Assembly: GCA_963667175.2 (NCBI GenBank)
Contig: CAXXXF010000006.1
Location: forward strand, 544,001 to 608,000
DNA length: 64,000 nt
Source of the DNA: Candidatus Latescibacterota bacterium
GTDB lineage: Bacteria; Latescibacterota; UBA2968; GCA-2709665
Direction: 5' to 3'
In this document: positions 20,837-31,483 of the stretch, one piece after another
How positions within the stretch are numbered: the first letter of the stretch is position 1
Layout: each line of letters starts with the position of its first letter
Translations under genes and position numbers: made by a program
The notes under the pieces: generated by a model
Database searches by the model: none
What the model saw: only the letters and a program-made list of their open reading frames with translations
What the model was told of the DNA's origin: nothing

Positions 20837-21838
20837 TCAAACCCTGGGAACGGCCACCGGTTTTCCGGAGCGCACCGATTCGAAGAGCGCCACGCAGATG
20901 CCCGCCGCGCGGACGGACTGTTCCAGGTTCACCTGCGGCTCCACGTCGTTTTCTATCGCCTGAAGCAGGTCTTCGATCAGCTTCCTCCGGCTGTCGCGAC
21001 CGTCGTCCACAACGTCAATGGGCGCCCATTTTCGGGTGTCCAAATCCGAGACCAGGTGGGCGGGAGGCGCCTGGGCGGTGAGAAACGTCTTGCGCGTGCC
21101 GTATATCTGCACATTGCGAAAACCGGGCCGGGCCGAGCCCATGGTCGTTAACGTCTTTGCCACGCATCCGTTCTCGAACCGGATGATACCCACCACGCAG
21201 TCGGTCACGTCCAGGCCGTTCGATCCGGCGGATATGCCGTTCCCGTATGCCGCTACCTCTGCCGCGGGGGAGTCGACAATCCACTGGATCACATCCACGG
21301 GGTGGATGCTGCCGCCGGCCGCCGCGTTGTAGCGCGGGCCCAGCCCGCCGCGCCATCCCTCCCTGAACAGATCCAGGTGATTCGAAATATAGTCCGCTTC
21401 GGCGTAGAACACCTGCCCGAACGCCTGCGCCTCGACCTGGCGTTTCAGCTCCTGAAACGTTTCGTCGAACCGGATCTGGCACCCGTGCGACACCTTCCGC
21501 CCGGTCCGGCGGGACGTCCGGACGATTCTCTCGATATCCTCAAAGGAGGTGGCCAGCGGCTTTTCCACAAGCACGTGCTTCCCGGAGGCCAGCATGTCAA
21601 CGGCCGGGTCGGCGTGCAGATGGTCCGGCGTGCAGATCGAGACCACGTCGACGTCATGCAGGTCGGCCAGGTCGCGGTAATCCGTAACCCGCCGCCCCAC
21701 GCCGTGCTCATCCCCAACCTGTTTCAGCAACGTCTCGTTGACGTCGCAAATCGCCGTAACCGCCGCGCCGGCTTCGCGGTACGCAACGATATGCCCCGTG
21801 CCCACACCCAGACCGATCACGGCCGCGTTCAGTGCCAC
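20837..21838 (-). CDS. Gfo/Idh/MocA oxidoreductase
   Basis: AVIGLGVG..H, ICTPDHLH, HVLVEKPLA, IHPVD. Confidence 0.9.
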   Translation of the reverse strand: MALNAAVIGLGVGTGHIVAYREAGAAVTAICDVNETLLKQVGDEHGVGRRVTDYRDLADLHDVDVVSICTPDHLHADPAVDMLASGKHVLVEKPLATSFEDIERIVRTSRRTGRKVSHGCQIRFDETFQELKRQVEAQAFGQVFYAEADYISNHLDLFREGWRGGLGPRYNAAAGGSIHPVDVIQWIVDSPAAEVAAYGNGISAGSNGLDVTDCVVGIIRFENGCVAKTLTTMGSARPGFRNVQIYGTRKTFLTAQAPPAHLVSDLDTRKWAPIDVVDDGRDSRRKLIEDLLQAIENDVEPQVNLEQSVRAAGICVALFESVRSGKPVAVPRV

Positions 21839-21941
21839 CCGCCAGACCTCCGCTGAGACGATCCTCGTGTGCGAATTCCATAAACCGTACTGCGTACCGG
21901 TACGCGATACAAATGGTCGGATAGGGTCGACCGGCTCGTCC

Positions 21942-23126
21942 TCAACGACGCCCCTCCACAATCGGAACCAGGCTGGCGCCCGACGGTCTTGGCGCGGACG
22001 GTGTGATTGGCGGACGCCGGTACGATCGGTACCGGACGCCGAGGTGCGGCGTCTCAACCCTCTCGTGGCCCCGGTGGCGGGAATCCATCAGCGCATCCAG
22101 CGCCCCGCTCACCAGGAGCGTGCGTTCGACCGGGTACGGCGGTTTGCCGCTAAGGAAAAGTTCGTGGATATTCCGGCCGAGGTAGCTGAAATGGGCATGG
22201 GGATCGTCCGGCAGGAACACCTCCATCCCCCGAACGTTGCCCTCCACGCGGCCGGCGTATCCGAACCCCTGGGTGTACCCGTTCAACATCAGGGTGGCCG
22301 CCTTCAATCCATCGGCGTATTCCAGCAGGAAGACCGCCGGGTCGGCGCAGTGCGCCCTCATGTCTCCCTCGGCCTTTGCCTCGATGTGTTCCCGGGCCGA
22401 ATCGGCAAGATCGAGCGACCAGCGCCCCTCCGCGCCGGCCCGCCACACGGCATCCCCTTCAAGGCACTGCACCGCGGCGATTCCCGTCTCGCCGCCATGC
22501 CTGCGTTCAACCATACACTGCAGCAGTTCGAGCGCGTGGAACCCATACGAATCGAGACCCGAATACCCGATTGACAGCGCTTCCTCCAACGGCGTTTCCA
22601 GATCGTACTCGAGATACGGGTTCCTCCACGCCAGCGGCACCGAAGAGCCGGCCAGATAAGGCGCCCGGAGCATCCGCGCCCGGTCGTACATCCACTTTGA
22701 ATTCACCCAGTCATAGGCCAGGTGTTTGTCATTGAACACCGGAACGGACCGGCCGGACGTGGCGAATACCCCGCATACCTGCTCGAAGAAGAACCGGCGC
22801 GGATACATATGCTGCTGCTTTTCGTTCCAGGCGTAATCGCCGTGCTCGCCGATGATCAACACCCCGTCTACCGCCAGTCTCCCTCCGCCCAGCGTCAATG
22901 CCTTCGGAATGCTGTTGTAGACGGGCACCCCGTGTTCCCGGGCGAGTTCGAGGCCCACGTCCTTCTCGTGCACCTGGTCCATATACAGGGAAACGACTTC
23001 CACCTTCGGCGGGATCAATCCGTCGTCCGAAGGGAATCCCTTCAGAAACTTCGTGACGATGACGTCCGCATGGGACCGCGCGTACCAGGTTGTCACGATT
23101 GCCGCGATTTTCTTTGTCCGGGACAC
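21942..23126 (-). CDS. conserved hypothetical oxidoreductase-like protein
   Basis: 'SHADVIV', 'DGVLIIGEHGDY', 'PVFNDKHL', 'YGFHALE', 'PYPVERTLL'. Confidence 0.7.
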   Translation of the reverse strand: MSRTKKIAAIVTTWYARSHADVIVTKFLKGFPSDDGLIPPKVEVVSLYMDQVHEKDVGLELAREHGVPVYNSIPKALTLGGGRLAVDGVLIIGEHGDYAWNEKQQHMYPRRFFFEQVCGVFATSGRSVPVFNDKHLAYDWVNSKWMYDRARMLRAPYLAGSSVPLAWRNPYLEYDLETPLEEALSIGYSGLDSYGFHALELLQCMVERRHGGETGIAAVQCLEGDAVWRAGAEGRWSLDLADSAREHIEAKAEGDMRAHCADPAVFLLEYADGLKAATLMLNGYTQGFGYAGRVEGNVRGMEVFLPDDPHAHFSYLGRNIHELFLSGKPPYPVERTLLVSGALDALMDSRHRGHERVETPHLGVRYRSYRRPPITPSAPRPSGASLVPIVEGRR

Positions 23127-23417
23127 GGGACACCCGCCTTTCTGTCCGTCGGTCGAAACCGATGACCGCCTGCTGAACAGCGACTCTTTCAAGATGCGCG
23201 TCGGACAGCCGCGCGAACACGGGCGGGAAAGACCACCCTGGTCCGTCGCCCGATCCGCGAGGCAAATATGGTATTCGCCAAAATCGATGTCAAGGTGAAA
23301 TCAACTCATCGAGCATGCGGCAACAGGCGCTACATGCGGCTTGATTTTCGGACGTGGATCGTCTATTTTGGTGGCGCAAGACCGCATGCTCCTTACCGGC
23401 CCCTCGGGATGATCGAT

Positions 23418-24605
23418 ATGGCCTATGGCGGCATAAAATCCTGGTTGGAAGACGAACTGGACTCCATCCGGGAAAACGGCCTATATAAGACAGAAACGCG
23501 GATCGCCACGCCCCAGCAGACGCTGATCAAGACCCCGGACGGCGAAGCAGTCAACTTCTGCGCCAACAACTACCTTGGGCTGGCCAACCATCCGGAGATC
23601 GCGGAAGCCGCGGCCGAAGGACTGGACGCATATGGATACGGCATGGCGTCCGTGCGATTTATCTGCGGCACGCAGGATCTGCACAAGTCTCTCGAACACC
23701 GCATCTCGGGGTATCTGAAAACAGAAGACACCATCCTTTACACGTCCTGTTTCGACGCCAATGCCGGGCTGTTCGAGACCCTCTTCGGACCCGAAGACGC
23801 CGTGATCAGCGACGCGCTGAATCATGCCAGCATTATCGACGGCATCCGGCTCTGCAAGGCGCGTCGCACTATCTATCGCCACGCCGATATGCCGCATCTG
23901 GAAGACCGGCTCAAGGACGCGGCCGACGCGCGTTTCCGGGTGGTCGCCACCGACGGCGTGTTTTCCATGCACGGCCACGTGGCGCCGCTGAAAGAGATCT
24001 GCCGCCTCGCGGACGCCCACGACGCGCTGGTGATGGTGGACGATTCGCATGCAACCGGTTTTCTGGGCGATAACGGCCGCGGCGCCCCGGAGTTCTGCGG
24101 CGTTGAAGACCGGATCGATATCCTGACCAGCACGCTTGGAAAGGCACTTGGAGGCGCCTCGGGCGGATTCACGACGGGGCGCCGGGAGATCGTCGAGTAC
24201 CTGCGGCAGCGCTCCCGCCCATACCTGTTTTCCAATACGCTGGCGCCGCCGATCGTCGCGGGCGGATTGAAAGCGCTGGAACTCGTACAGACGCGTCCGG
24301 AATTCCGGCGGGCGTTGATGAAAAACACCGGATACTTCAGGAAGACCATGGGTGAACGGGGATTCCTCATACCGGAGGGCGTCCACCCCATCGTCCCGAT
24401 CATGCTCGGCGATGAACAGAAGACGGTGCGCATGGCCCGGGCCATGAACCGGAGCGGCATCTTCGTGGTGGGCTTCAGCTATCCCGTGGTGCCCAAAGGC
24501 GAAGCCCGCATCCGCGTGCAGATCTCCGCCGCCCACACGCGAAATCAGTTGGACCGCGCCATCGATACGTTCGTGGACGTCGGCACGGCCCTCGGTGTCT
24601 TATAA
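23418..24605 (+). CDS. kbl: glycine C-acetyltransferase (2-amino-3-ketobutyrate CoA ligase)
   Basis: [57 protein letters not shown]. Confidence 0.93.
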   Translation: MAYGGIKSWLEDELDSIRENGLYKTETRIATPQQTLIKTPDGEAVNFCANNYLGLANHPEIAEAAAEGLDAYGYGMASVRFICGTQDLHKSLEHRISGYLKTEDTILYTSCFDANAGLFETLFGPEDAVISDALNHASIIDGIRLCKARRTIYRHADMPHLEDRLKDAADARFRVVATDGVFSMHGHVAPLKEICRLADAHDALVMVDDSHATGFLGDNGRGAPEFCGVEDRIDILTSTLGKALGGASGGFTTGRREIVEYLRQRSRPYLFSNTLAPPIVAGGLKALELVQTRPEFRRALMKNTGYFRKTMGERGFLIPEGVHPIVPIMLGDEQKTVRMARAMNRSGIFVVGFSYPVVPKGEARIRVQISAAHTRNQLDRAIDTFVDVGTALGVL

Positions 24606-24658
24606 CCCGTCACATCGGCGCTTTTTCAACGGACTGCTCACGTCAAGAGGACACGAAA

Positions 24659-25426
24659 ATGGACGTCCCCCAGCAGCAACCCCTCCGTGACCGCGTCGCC
24701 ATCGTGACCGGGGCGGGGCAGGGGATCGGCCGGGCCGTCGCCCAGACGTTGGCCAGACACGGCGCCCACCTCGTCGTGAACGACCTCGACGAGTCCAACG
24801 CCGAACGTACGGCCGACGAACTGGGTTCGGCGTTCACCAGGGCCTTCCACTTTCAGGCCGACGTCACGGACGCCCCCGGGGTGCAGGCCATGGTCGACTG
24901 GACGGCGGATACCTTCGGCGCGGTCCACATCCTGGTCAACAACGCGGGCATCCTCTTTCCGACCAGCGTCATCGACATCGACGAAGACGAATGGGACCGC
25001 GTCATCGACGTCAACCTCAAGGGCGCTTTTCTCTGCTCGAAGGCCGTCCTCCCGCAAATGCGCAGCGCGGGATGGGGCCGCATCGTGAATTTCTCGTCAA
25101 CCGCCGGCAAGAACGTCAGCACGGTGGGCGGCGCGCACTACACGGCCGCAAAGGCCGGCGTGCTGGGGTTCACGCGCCACCTCGCCAGGGAAGTCGCGCC
25201 TTACAATATTACGGTAAACGCGGTCTGTCCGGGTCTGATCGATACCGAAATGGTCCGCGGTACCATCGACGAAGAACGGACGCGCGCCTACGCGCGAAGC
25301 TTCCCCATCCCCCGCCTGGGCAGACCGGAGGAAGTCGCCGATCTGGTGGCCTTTCTCGCCTCCGACCAGGCCGCCTATATCACCGGCGCTTCGCTGGACG
25401 TCAACGGCGGCGACCTGATGATATAG
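24659..25426 (+). CDS. SDR family oxidoreductase (FabG-like)
   Basis: TGAGQGIG, NNAG, YTAAK, VCPG, DVNGG. Confidence 0.92.
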   Translation: MDVPQQQPLRDRVAIVTGAGQGIGRAVAQTLARHGAHLVVNDLDESNAERTADELGSAFTRAFHFQADVTDAPGVQAMVDWTADTFGAVHILVNNAGILFPTSVIDIDEDEWDRVIDVNLKGAFLCSKAVLPQMRSAGWGRIVNFSSTAGKNVSTVGGAHYTAAKAGVLGFTRHLAREVAPYNITVNAVCPGLIDTEMVRGTIDEERTRAYARSFPIPRLGRPEEVADLVAFLASDQAAYITGASLDVNGGDLMI

Positions 25427-25456
25427 TTTCGAACGGCTTCCTGGAGTATCCTGACA

Positions 25457-25705
25457 ATGCAGGTTGTGAGCGTCAAGACGTTCCTGGTTCACCCGGGCAG
25501 CGCGAAGAATACGAGGAACCGGTTTCCTCCCGAGACCTCAACGGGCTGGCGGAAGCAAGACGGAACATCAACGTCCCTGTGGTCACCGGCGAGGAACTCT
25601 ATACGAAGACCGAGTTCCGCGACGCGTTCGAGAAACGCGCCACCGACGTCATCAACCCGGACGTCTGCAATTGCGGCGGGATTCTGGAGCTTCGCGAAAT
25701 CGCGC
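25457..25705 (+). pseudogene. internally deleted enolase-superfamily (galactonate dehydratase-like) gene
   Basis: N-terminus 'MQVVSVKTFLV' joined out of frame to 'YEEP..TGEELY..INPDVCNCGGILE'. Confidence 0.7.
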
Positions 25706-25833
25706 CCTCCGGCATCCGAGCGACGAAGGGCCGTAGCGATTGCAACTTCCGTGTAACGTACAGCGGCAATTGTCCCCGGTCGATCCAACCCGGATTCCAG
25801 GCAAACCTGTAATTCACGCGAAGGAGGCAGACA

Positions 25834-26871
25834 ATGGATCGTGACGACGTGCGCCAGAGACTGGAAGCGCTCGAAGGCAAACTACGATGGCAGAAACGGG
25901 CGATTGCAGGATTGCTGGTTGTCTTCCTCTTCGGCGCGTCACCGGCGTTGACCCAGGCGTCGAAGTGGCTCGGGAGCAGGCTTCCGGCAGAACTGGCCTC
26001 GTTGAGCCTTCAACACGGCTCGACGACCGGTGACGTGCGGTTTGGCGATATGTCGCCAGGCCGGGCCGAACTTCCGTTGCCGGAGGCCGCTAACGATGGA
26101 CTGAGCAAGATCGATCCGGAGCAGATCATCGATGCAGGCGACACCTTGCGGGTCGGCACCCTTCACGTCGTCAATGCGAGCGGGGAGGTCGTTGCAGCCC
26201 TCGGGTCGGACGAGACGGGAGACGGTTCGCTGGTGATCTTGAACAGAAACGGCTCGGTGGTTTCCGTTGTGGGCGTTGACGCAAACGGACACGGGACCCT
26301 GGGGGTCCTCAATGCGGCCGGGCGAGTCGCGGCCGCCATGGGCGCCGATCCGTCGGAACAGGCCAATGGATGGGTCGACGCCCGGAGCGTGACGGGTTCC
26401 GCGGCCGCACTCGCCTTCGATGGCGCCGGAGACGGCACCGTGCTGGTGTTCAACTCGGATGACAAGCTGGTCTCCGGATTCGGTGTTGACAACAACGGCG
26501 CCGGCGCCCTTCGCATCTCGAATGCGGAGGGTGGAGTCGTTTCCGCCATAGGCGCGAATGAGAATGGACATGGACTTATCGGGTTCTACAATGCGTCCAG
26601 GAGGGTTGTCGCCGGCATGGGCGCGGATTCGACGGGCGTCGGTGGGCTGGGGATTGAGGGAGGCAGGTTCAGGGCTTTTGTCGACGGGAACGGGAACGGC
26701 GTTGCAGAAACTCACGGGCAGGATGGGAATCTTCGATGGTCCTCCGAAGCGCCTGCCGTCGGGGACACCGGCACGACGAGCGGCCTGATCGGGGATTTCG
26801 ACGGGGACGGAGACGTGGATTTCGCCGACTTCCTCACCTTCGCCAGAAATTTCGGCAGAACGAGCGGGTAG
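25834..26871 (+). CDS. exported protein with about 22-aa Gly-rich beta repeats and C-terminal dockerin/EF-hand-like motif
   Basis: AAGGAGG RBS, coiled-coil plus hydrophobic N-terminus, repeats 'G.G.L.V.N..G..V..LG.D', ends GDFDGDGDVDFADFLTFARNFG. Confidence 0.75.
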   Translation: MDRDDVRQRLEALEGKLRWQKRAIAGLLVVFLFGASPALTQASKWLGSRLPAELASLSLQHGSTTGDVRFGDMSPGRAELPLPEAANDGLSKIDPEQIIDAGDTLRVGTLHVVNASGEVVAALGSDETGDGSLVILNRNGSVVSVVGVDANGHGTLGVLNAAGRVAAAMGADPSEQANGWVDARSVTGSAAALAFDGAGDGTVLVFNSDDKLVSGFGVDNNGAGALRISNAEGGVVSAIGANENGHGLIGFYNASRRVVAGMGADSTGVGGLGIEGGRFRAFVDGNGNGVAETHGQDGNLRWSSEAPAVGDTGTTSGLIGDFDGDGDVDFADFLTFARNFGRTSG

Positions 26872-26980
26872 CAGAACGCCCGCTTCGACAAGATCGAATC
26901 CCGCCTGGACAGGGTCGACGCACGCCTGGATTCATTCGGCGAACGTATTGCAGGAAACGAAGGCAGACTGAACGACAAAG
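26872..26980 (+). pseudogene. remnant of a TM/coiled-coil family B gene
   Basis: Translates to 'ARFDKIESRLDRVDARLDSFGERIAGNEGRL', nearly the C-terminus of 30520..30786 and 39988..40236. Confidence 0.75.
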
Positions 26981-27098
26981 CGTACCCCCCTTCCTATCCC
27001 CATCAATTCATGAAACGGAACAAACATGGATGGACAGGATGAAAACCAAAAAGCGCGACAAAGGCACGAGAAAATGAACATCAGAAACTACGAAACAC

Positions 27099-27222
27099 GC
27101 GCCTGCCTGCCGCGGGAAGCGAAGCGGCGCAGGCAGGCGGCAGGCAGGCACATGCCGAGCCGGTTCCTGAGCCTGCAGTCCCTGACCCTGTCGAAGGGTC
27201 GAATGGCCGGCGACGGCTGATG
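27099..27222. repeat. nested palindromic REP/MITE-like composite, copy 1
   Basis: Near-identical to 30896..31020. Contains GCCTGCCTGC/GCAGGCAGGC and CCCTGACCCTGTCGAAGGG units. Confidence 0.85.
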
Positions 27223-27353
27223 CGGAGGGGGGAATTCAATACCTTTCGCCAGGGGATTACACAGAAAGGCGCCATTCGCAAAACACGCGTTCATTTGTTG
27301 TGCGAAGGCAGCGCGGAGCGTGGCAGGGAATTTCGTCTCGTAATAAAACCCAC

Positions 27354-27382
27354 TTGACACGAGTACCGCGTTTGTGTACCGT
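27354..27382 (+). promoter_or_regulatory. sigma-70-like promoter of module A1
   Basis: TTGACA-N17-TACCGT, conserved at 28314 and 31078. Confidence 0.65.
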
Positions 27383-27423
27383 TTCCATCAGAGTACGATC
27401 AGGTACAACCGGGAGCAAGTACT

Positions 27424-27813
27424 ATGGACGCAGAAATCCTCCGCCTGTTTATCTCCATCGTAACACCTATAGTGGCTATCGTTGGTATCGGATGGTTCGG
27501 TCTGGATCGGATGGAACAGAGAATAAAGGCCGATGCCCAACAGATGGAACAGAGAATAAAGGCCGATGCCCAACAGATGGAACAGAGAATAAAGGCCGAT
27601 GCCCAACAGATGGAACAGAGAATAAGAGAGGATGCCCAAAAGGCCCACGGTCAGATTGGCCTGAACATCGAAACATTGCGATCTGAAGTAAGTGGTGTAC
27701 GAACTGAAATGAGCGACATGCGAAAAGAGATTACGGACCTGACGGGCCGAGTAGGGCATATCGAGGGCATGCTCGAAGGTATGCGAGACGCCACAAAATC
27801 CACCCCCGAGTAA
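27424..27813 (+). CDS. small TM + coiled-coil protein, family A copy 1 (four 11-aa repeats)
   Basis: Hydrophobic N-terminus, (MEQRIKADAQQ)x3 + MEQRIREDAQK, ends 'RVGHIEGML'. Confidence 0.8.
   Translation: MDAEILRLFISIVTPIVAIVGIGWFGLDRMEQRIKADAQQMEQRIKADAQQMEQRIKADAQQMEQRIREDAQKAHGQIGLNIETLRSEVSGVRTEMSDMRKEITDLTGRVGHIEGMLEGMRDATKSTPE
27511..27642 (+). repeat. 33-bp coding tandem repeat x4
   Basis: ATGGAACAGAGAATAAAGGCCGATGCCCAACAG three times plus one variant. Confidence 0.95.
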
Positions 27814-28313
27814 ATTCCCACCGCTTATCCCCCCGGCTTTTCATCCGCCGCAACCACCATTTAAGTCACGCCTCAATTCCCCTCTTTGACCTGTCCCTCC
27901 ATTCCCGAATTCACCACCGGGGAATCGCCTGCAAACACCGCCCTGGTGACCTCTACCTGCGACCATACAATCCCCCCTCGAATACATATTACGGGGAGCA
28001 CCGTATTGTTTACATCCTCCCACCCTTCTTTGGTGGGCCTGGATGTCGACAATTTGCAATTCATGAAAATAAACGGAAGCTGTCGACTGCTCTTTCTGAC
28101 CACTGGCCACTGTCCACTATTTACTGCTCCTGGTAATAACTACGAAACACGATCAGGATTTACAGGACGAACAGGATTAAGCGAGATTAGAAACCTGGAG
28201 CATGGCAAAAGCACCGAGAAAACGAACAACGGAAACTACGCGTTCGTTTGCTGTGCGTAGGCAGCGCACAGCGTGTCAGGGAATTTCGCCCTGACACGAT
28301 TTAATAAACCCAC

Positions 28314-28342
28314 TTGACACGAGTACCGCGTTTGTGTACCGT
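28314..28342 (+). promoter_or_regulatory. sigma-70-like promoter of module A2
   Basis: Identical to 27354..27382. Confidence 0.65.
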
Positions 28343-28383
28343 TTCCATCAGAGTACGATCAGGTACAACCGGGAGTGAGTACT

Positions 28384-28686
28384 ATGGACGCAGAAATCCT
28401 TCGCCTGCTTATCTCCATCGTAACGCCTATAGCGGCTATTGTTGGTATCGGATGGTTCGGTCTGGATAGAATGGAACAGAGAATCAAAGCCGATGCCCAA
28501 AAGGCCCATGACCTTATTGGACAAAACATCGAAACATTGCGATCTGAGATACGATCTGATATAAGTGAGATACGTTCTGAAGTAAGAGGTATGCGAAGTG
28601 AAATAACGGACCTGACGGGCCGAGTAGGGCATATCGAGGGCATGCTCGAAGTCATGCGAGATGACTCAAGATCCACCCCCGAGTAA
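28384..28686 (+). CDS. small TM + coiled-coil protein, family A copy 2 (one repeat)
   Basis: Paralog of 27424..27813 with extra SEIRSDI heptads. Confidence 0.8.
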   Translation: MDAEILRLLISIVTPIAAIVGIGWFGLDRMEQRIKADAQKAHDLIGQNIETLRSEIRSDISEIRSEVRGMRSEITDLTGRVGHIEGMLEVMRDDSRSTPE

Positions 28687-28890
28687 ATTTCCACCGCTTA
28701 TCCCCCCGCCTTTCAGCCACCGCAACCGCCCTTCAAATTCCCTCATTGACGTATCCTCTTCCTTGCCCGGTTTCACCACTGGGGAATCGCCTGCAAACAA
28801 CGCTCCGGCGACCTCCTCCGGCCTGGCGTTGATACCCACCTCTTGTTCCATCTCCGCTTCCGTAGATTGAGACAGAAATACAGTCTTCTG

Positions 28891-29016
28891 TTGCAAATTG
28901 CGACATAGATGACTATCTTTCCACCGCGTTGAAAACGAACGCGTCGTCTGCGCGACGGCTATTTTTCCGATGCAGCTTGACAATCCGGGCGAACGGGCCA
29001 CGGACGACGTTCGCGT
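28891..29016 (+). repeat. conserved promoter + structured leader, copy 1
   Basis: Repeated at 31937..32061. TTGCAA-N17-TATCTT followed by two conserved hairpins. Confidence 0.7.
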
Positions 29017-29165
29017 ATGAGTCGCCCTGCTTGTTGGGGACTCCGCATACAATGGATCTCAGAAAGGCGCAGGTTGCGTGCGGACGGATTGTACCAATAT
29101 ATATGAGACAATTCCCCCCCCTTTGATTAAGCAACCATGGACAGAGCGAAGGAAGGAGCGCAGGC

Positions 29166-29864
29166 ATGCAAAGCATCCGAAAGCAAAAACGCATTGCGGT
29201 GCTCGCCCATCACCGCCGGGAGAACGTATTTTCCGGATACAGCGGAATCGGCGACTATCATTCCGGCGCCTATGAGTGCGATTTCGTATCGCCCTACACG
29301 AAGTCCGCAGGAAACGTGGACGCCGATATCATGCTCGTGCTGCAGGATTGGTGTTCCGATGAATACTTGCGGCAAAAGAAACGTGCGGATTCTGATCTGG
29401 TCAGGCTTGGACACGACCCGCAGTTGGAAGCCAACAAGAATCTCAAGAGCCTGCTTTTCACTCATTTTGGAATCGGATTGGAGAAAACCTACGCGACAAA
29501 TCTGTTTCCATTCATAAAGCCTGGAACGATGAACGCGAGTGTTCGATTCGCAGATCTGAAGAAGGCAGCAGAGATCTACACCGTACCGGAAATTGAAATT
29601 GTGGCGCCGAGGCTCGTCGTGTGTCTTGGTGCGGTTGTGTATCGTGCAATCCGTAAGACGTGCGGACTGCCGCCAGCCGGCGACCTCGACATGGCCATTA
29701 AGTCGCCGTTTTGTTTCGGGAGCGGGCAAGTTTGGGCTCAATCACATCCGGGTAGACTGGGACAGAATAACCGCAATCGAGGAGGAGTAAATCGCGTCGC
29801 TGGGGACTGGCGACGAATGGCGGAGGCGGTTGCGTGGGACGTTTCTCGGGGTCGGCCGAAGTAG
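29166..29864 (+). CDS. uracil-DNA glycosylase superfamily protein
   Basis: LVLQDW, TNLFPFIK, EIEIVAPRLVVCLG, SHPG. AAGGAG RBS. Confidence 0.7.
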   Translation: MQSIRKQKRIAVLAHHRRENVFSGYSGIGDYHSGAYECDFVSPYTKSAGNVDADIMLVLQDWCSDEYLRQKKRADSDLVRLGHDPQLEANKNLKSLLFTHFGIGLEKTYATNLFPFIKPGTMNASVRFADLKKAAEIYTVPEIEIVAPRLVVCLGAVVYRAIRKTCGLPPAGDLDMAIKSPFCFGSGQVWAQSHPGRLGQNNRNRGGVNRVAGDWRRMAEAVAWDVSRGRPK

Positions 29865-30111
29865 AGTGCCTCACGAGGGGCGCGAGCTCCGCCCCTATGT
29901 CTGCCGCTCGTCGGACCCGCCATCGCGACTCGTTCACGAACTTACCCACCGCCAGCCGGCACTGGCGCCCGGGTCTCTCCCGACCCAGCCGAAGATGTTT
30001 CGCATGCCTGTCTGCCGATGATTTTCTGGCAGACAGGACGGCTTCCTCAGCATGACAGTTCGAGCACAAGGGTGACGCACGCATTTCGCGGGTGAATTGG
30101 CCTGCTTGGCA

Positions 30112-30330
30112 CCGACTCCCCCGACACTTATTCCGCGAGGCGTTCGGCAAGCCGTTGTTCCGGTTCGGCGGATTGCGGTGGATGCGTCCCGGCGCGATTT
30201 CGGCGGCGTAGACGTCGGCGGATCAAAGACGATTTTTGTAACGGTCACGAATTCCGGAGACGCTCCACTGTCCATTACGGAAATCACCACCAGCGATGAA
30301 CGTGTGAGCGATTCGCTCCGCCAATTTTCG
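30112..30330 (+). pseudogene. orphan fragment of an S8-protease ASH/Ig-like domain
   Basis: Collinear with 35225..35433 ('RDFG.VDVGGSK...VTVTNSGDA.LS'). Confidence 0.8.
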
Positions 30331-30519
30331 TCAAGGGATTACACTGAAAGGCGCCATACGCAAAACACGCGTCTGTTCGTTGTGCGTAGGCAGCGTACCG
30401 CGTGCCGGAAATTTGAAAACTTCCCTTGACAAGTCTCAAAAAACCGACTTGACAACTGTCACCCTTTGGCGCAGTCTTTTCAGCAAAGTAAACTCAGAAG
30501 TAAACTGGGAAGGTGCGAC

Positions 30520-30786
30520 GTGGAGACTTCCAGAAGCAAGTTCTTCAGTGGCGACAATTTGAGAATGGCAATCTTTCTGGTGACACTACTAACTGCAGTG
30601 TGGGGCATTGTGTGGTCACTTAATACCAGCCTTGAAAGTAGAATGATCGCTCGCTTTGACAAAGTTGACAAACGCTTTGACAAGATAGATGAACGCCTGG
30701 ATAAGATAGACGAACGCCTGGATTCCTTTGGGGAGCGTATAGCCAGAAACGAAGGCACTATTGATGCGTTAGGATCCTCCAAGTAA
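30520..30786 (+). CDS. small TM + coiled-coil protein, family B
   Basis: TM helix then RFDKVDKRFDKIDERLDKIDERLDSFGERIARNEG. Flanks are shared with family A modules. Confidence 0.75.
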   Translation: METSRSKFFSGDNLRMAIFLVTLLTAVWGIVWSLNTSLESRMIARFDKVDKRFDKIDERLDKIDERLDSFGERIARNEGTIDALGSSK

Positions 30787-30895
30787 TCCCCTACCGCTTA
30801 TCCCCCCTCGAATACATAACTACGAAACACGCGAATAAAACGAAAGAGCCGCGGCTGCCCCCTTGAGGGGAAGTCGCCTGCCTGCGCCAGGCGGA

Positions 30896-31020
30896 GCGCC
30901 TGCCTGCCGCGGGAAGCGAAGCGGCGCAGGCAGGCGGCAGGCAGGCACATGCCGAGCCGGTTCCTGAGCTTGCAGCGCCCTGACCCTGTCGAAGGGTCGA
31001 ATGGCTGGCGACGGCTGATG
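30896..31020. repeat. nested palindromic REP/MITE-like composite, copy 2
   Basis: Near-identical to 27099..27222. Confidence 0.85.
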
Positions 31021-31077
31021 CCGCGCGAAGGCAGCGCGTAGCGTGTCAGGGAATTTCGCCTCGAAAGAGAAACTCGC

Positions 31078-31106
31078 TTGACACGAGTACCGTTTTAAGG
31101 TACCGT
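31078..31106 (+). promoter_or_regulatory. sigma-70-like promoter of module A3
   Basis: TTGACA-N17-TACCGT. The spacer has diverged but both hexamers and spacing are kept. Confidence 0.7.
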
Positions 31107-31147
31107 TTTCATCAGAGTAGCATCAGGAACAACCGGGAGCGAGTACT

Positions 31148-31483
31148 ATGGACACAGAAATCCTCCGCCTGCTTATCTCCATCGTAACACCTATAGCGGC
31201 TATTGTTGGTATCGGATGGTTCGGTCTGGATAGAATGGAACAGAGAATCAAAGCCGATGCCCAACAGATGGAACAGAGAATAAGAGAGGATGCTCAAAAA
31301 GCTCACGATCAGATAGGCCTGAACATCGAAACATTGCGATCTGAGATACGATCTGATACAAGCGGGATACGATCTGAATTGAGCGACATGCGAAAAGAGA
31401 TTACGGACCTGACGGGCCGAGTAGGACGTATCGAGGGCATGCTCGAAGGTATGCGAGATGCCTCGAAATCCACCCCCGAGTAA
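31148..31483 (+). CDS. small TM + coiled-coil protein, family A copy 3 (two repeats)
   Basis: Paralog of 27424..27813. Confidence 0.8.
   Translation: MDTEILRLLISIVTPIAAIVGIGWFGLDRMEQRIKADAQQMEQRIREDAQKAHDQIGLNIETLRSEIRSDTSGIRSELSDMRKEITDLTGRVGRIEGMLEGMRDASKSTPE

Noticed and set aside
27511-27642. 33-bp direct repeats as a CRISPR array
   Set aside because: Repeats are contiguous with no spacers, in frame within a gene, and there are no cas genes.
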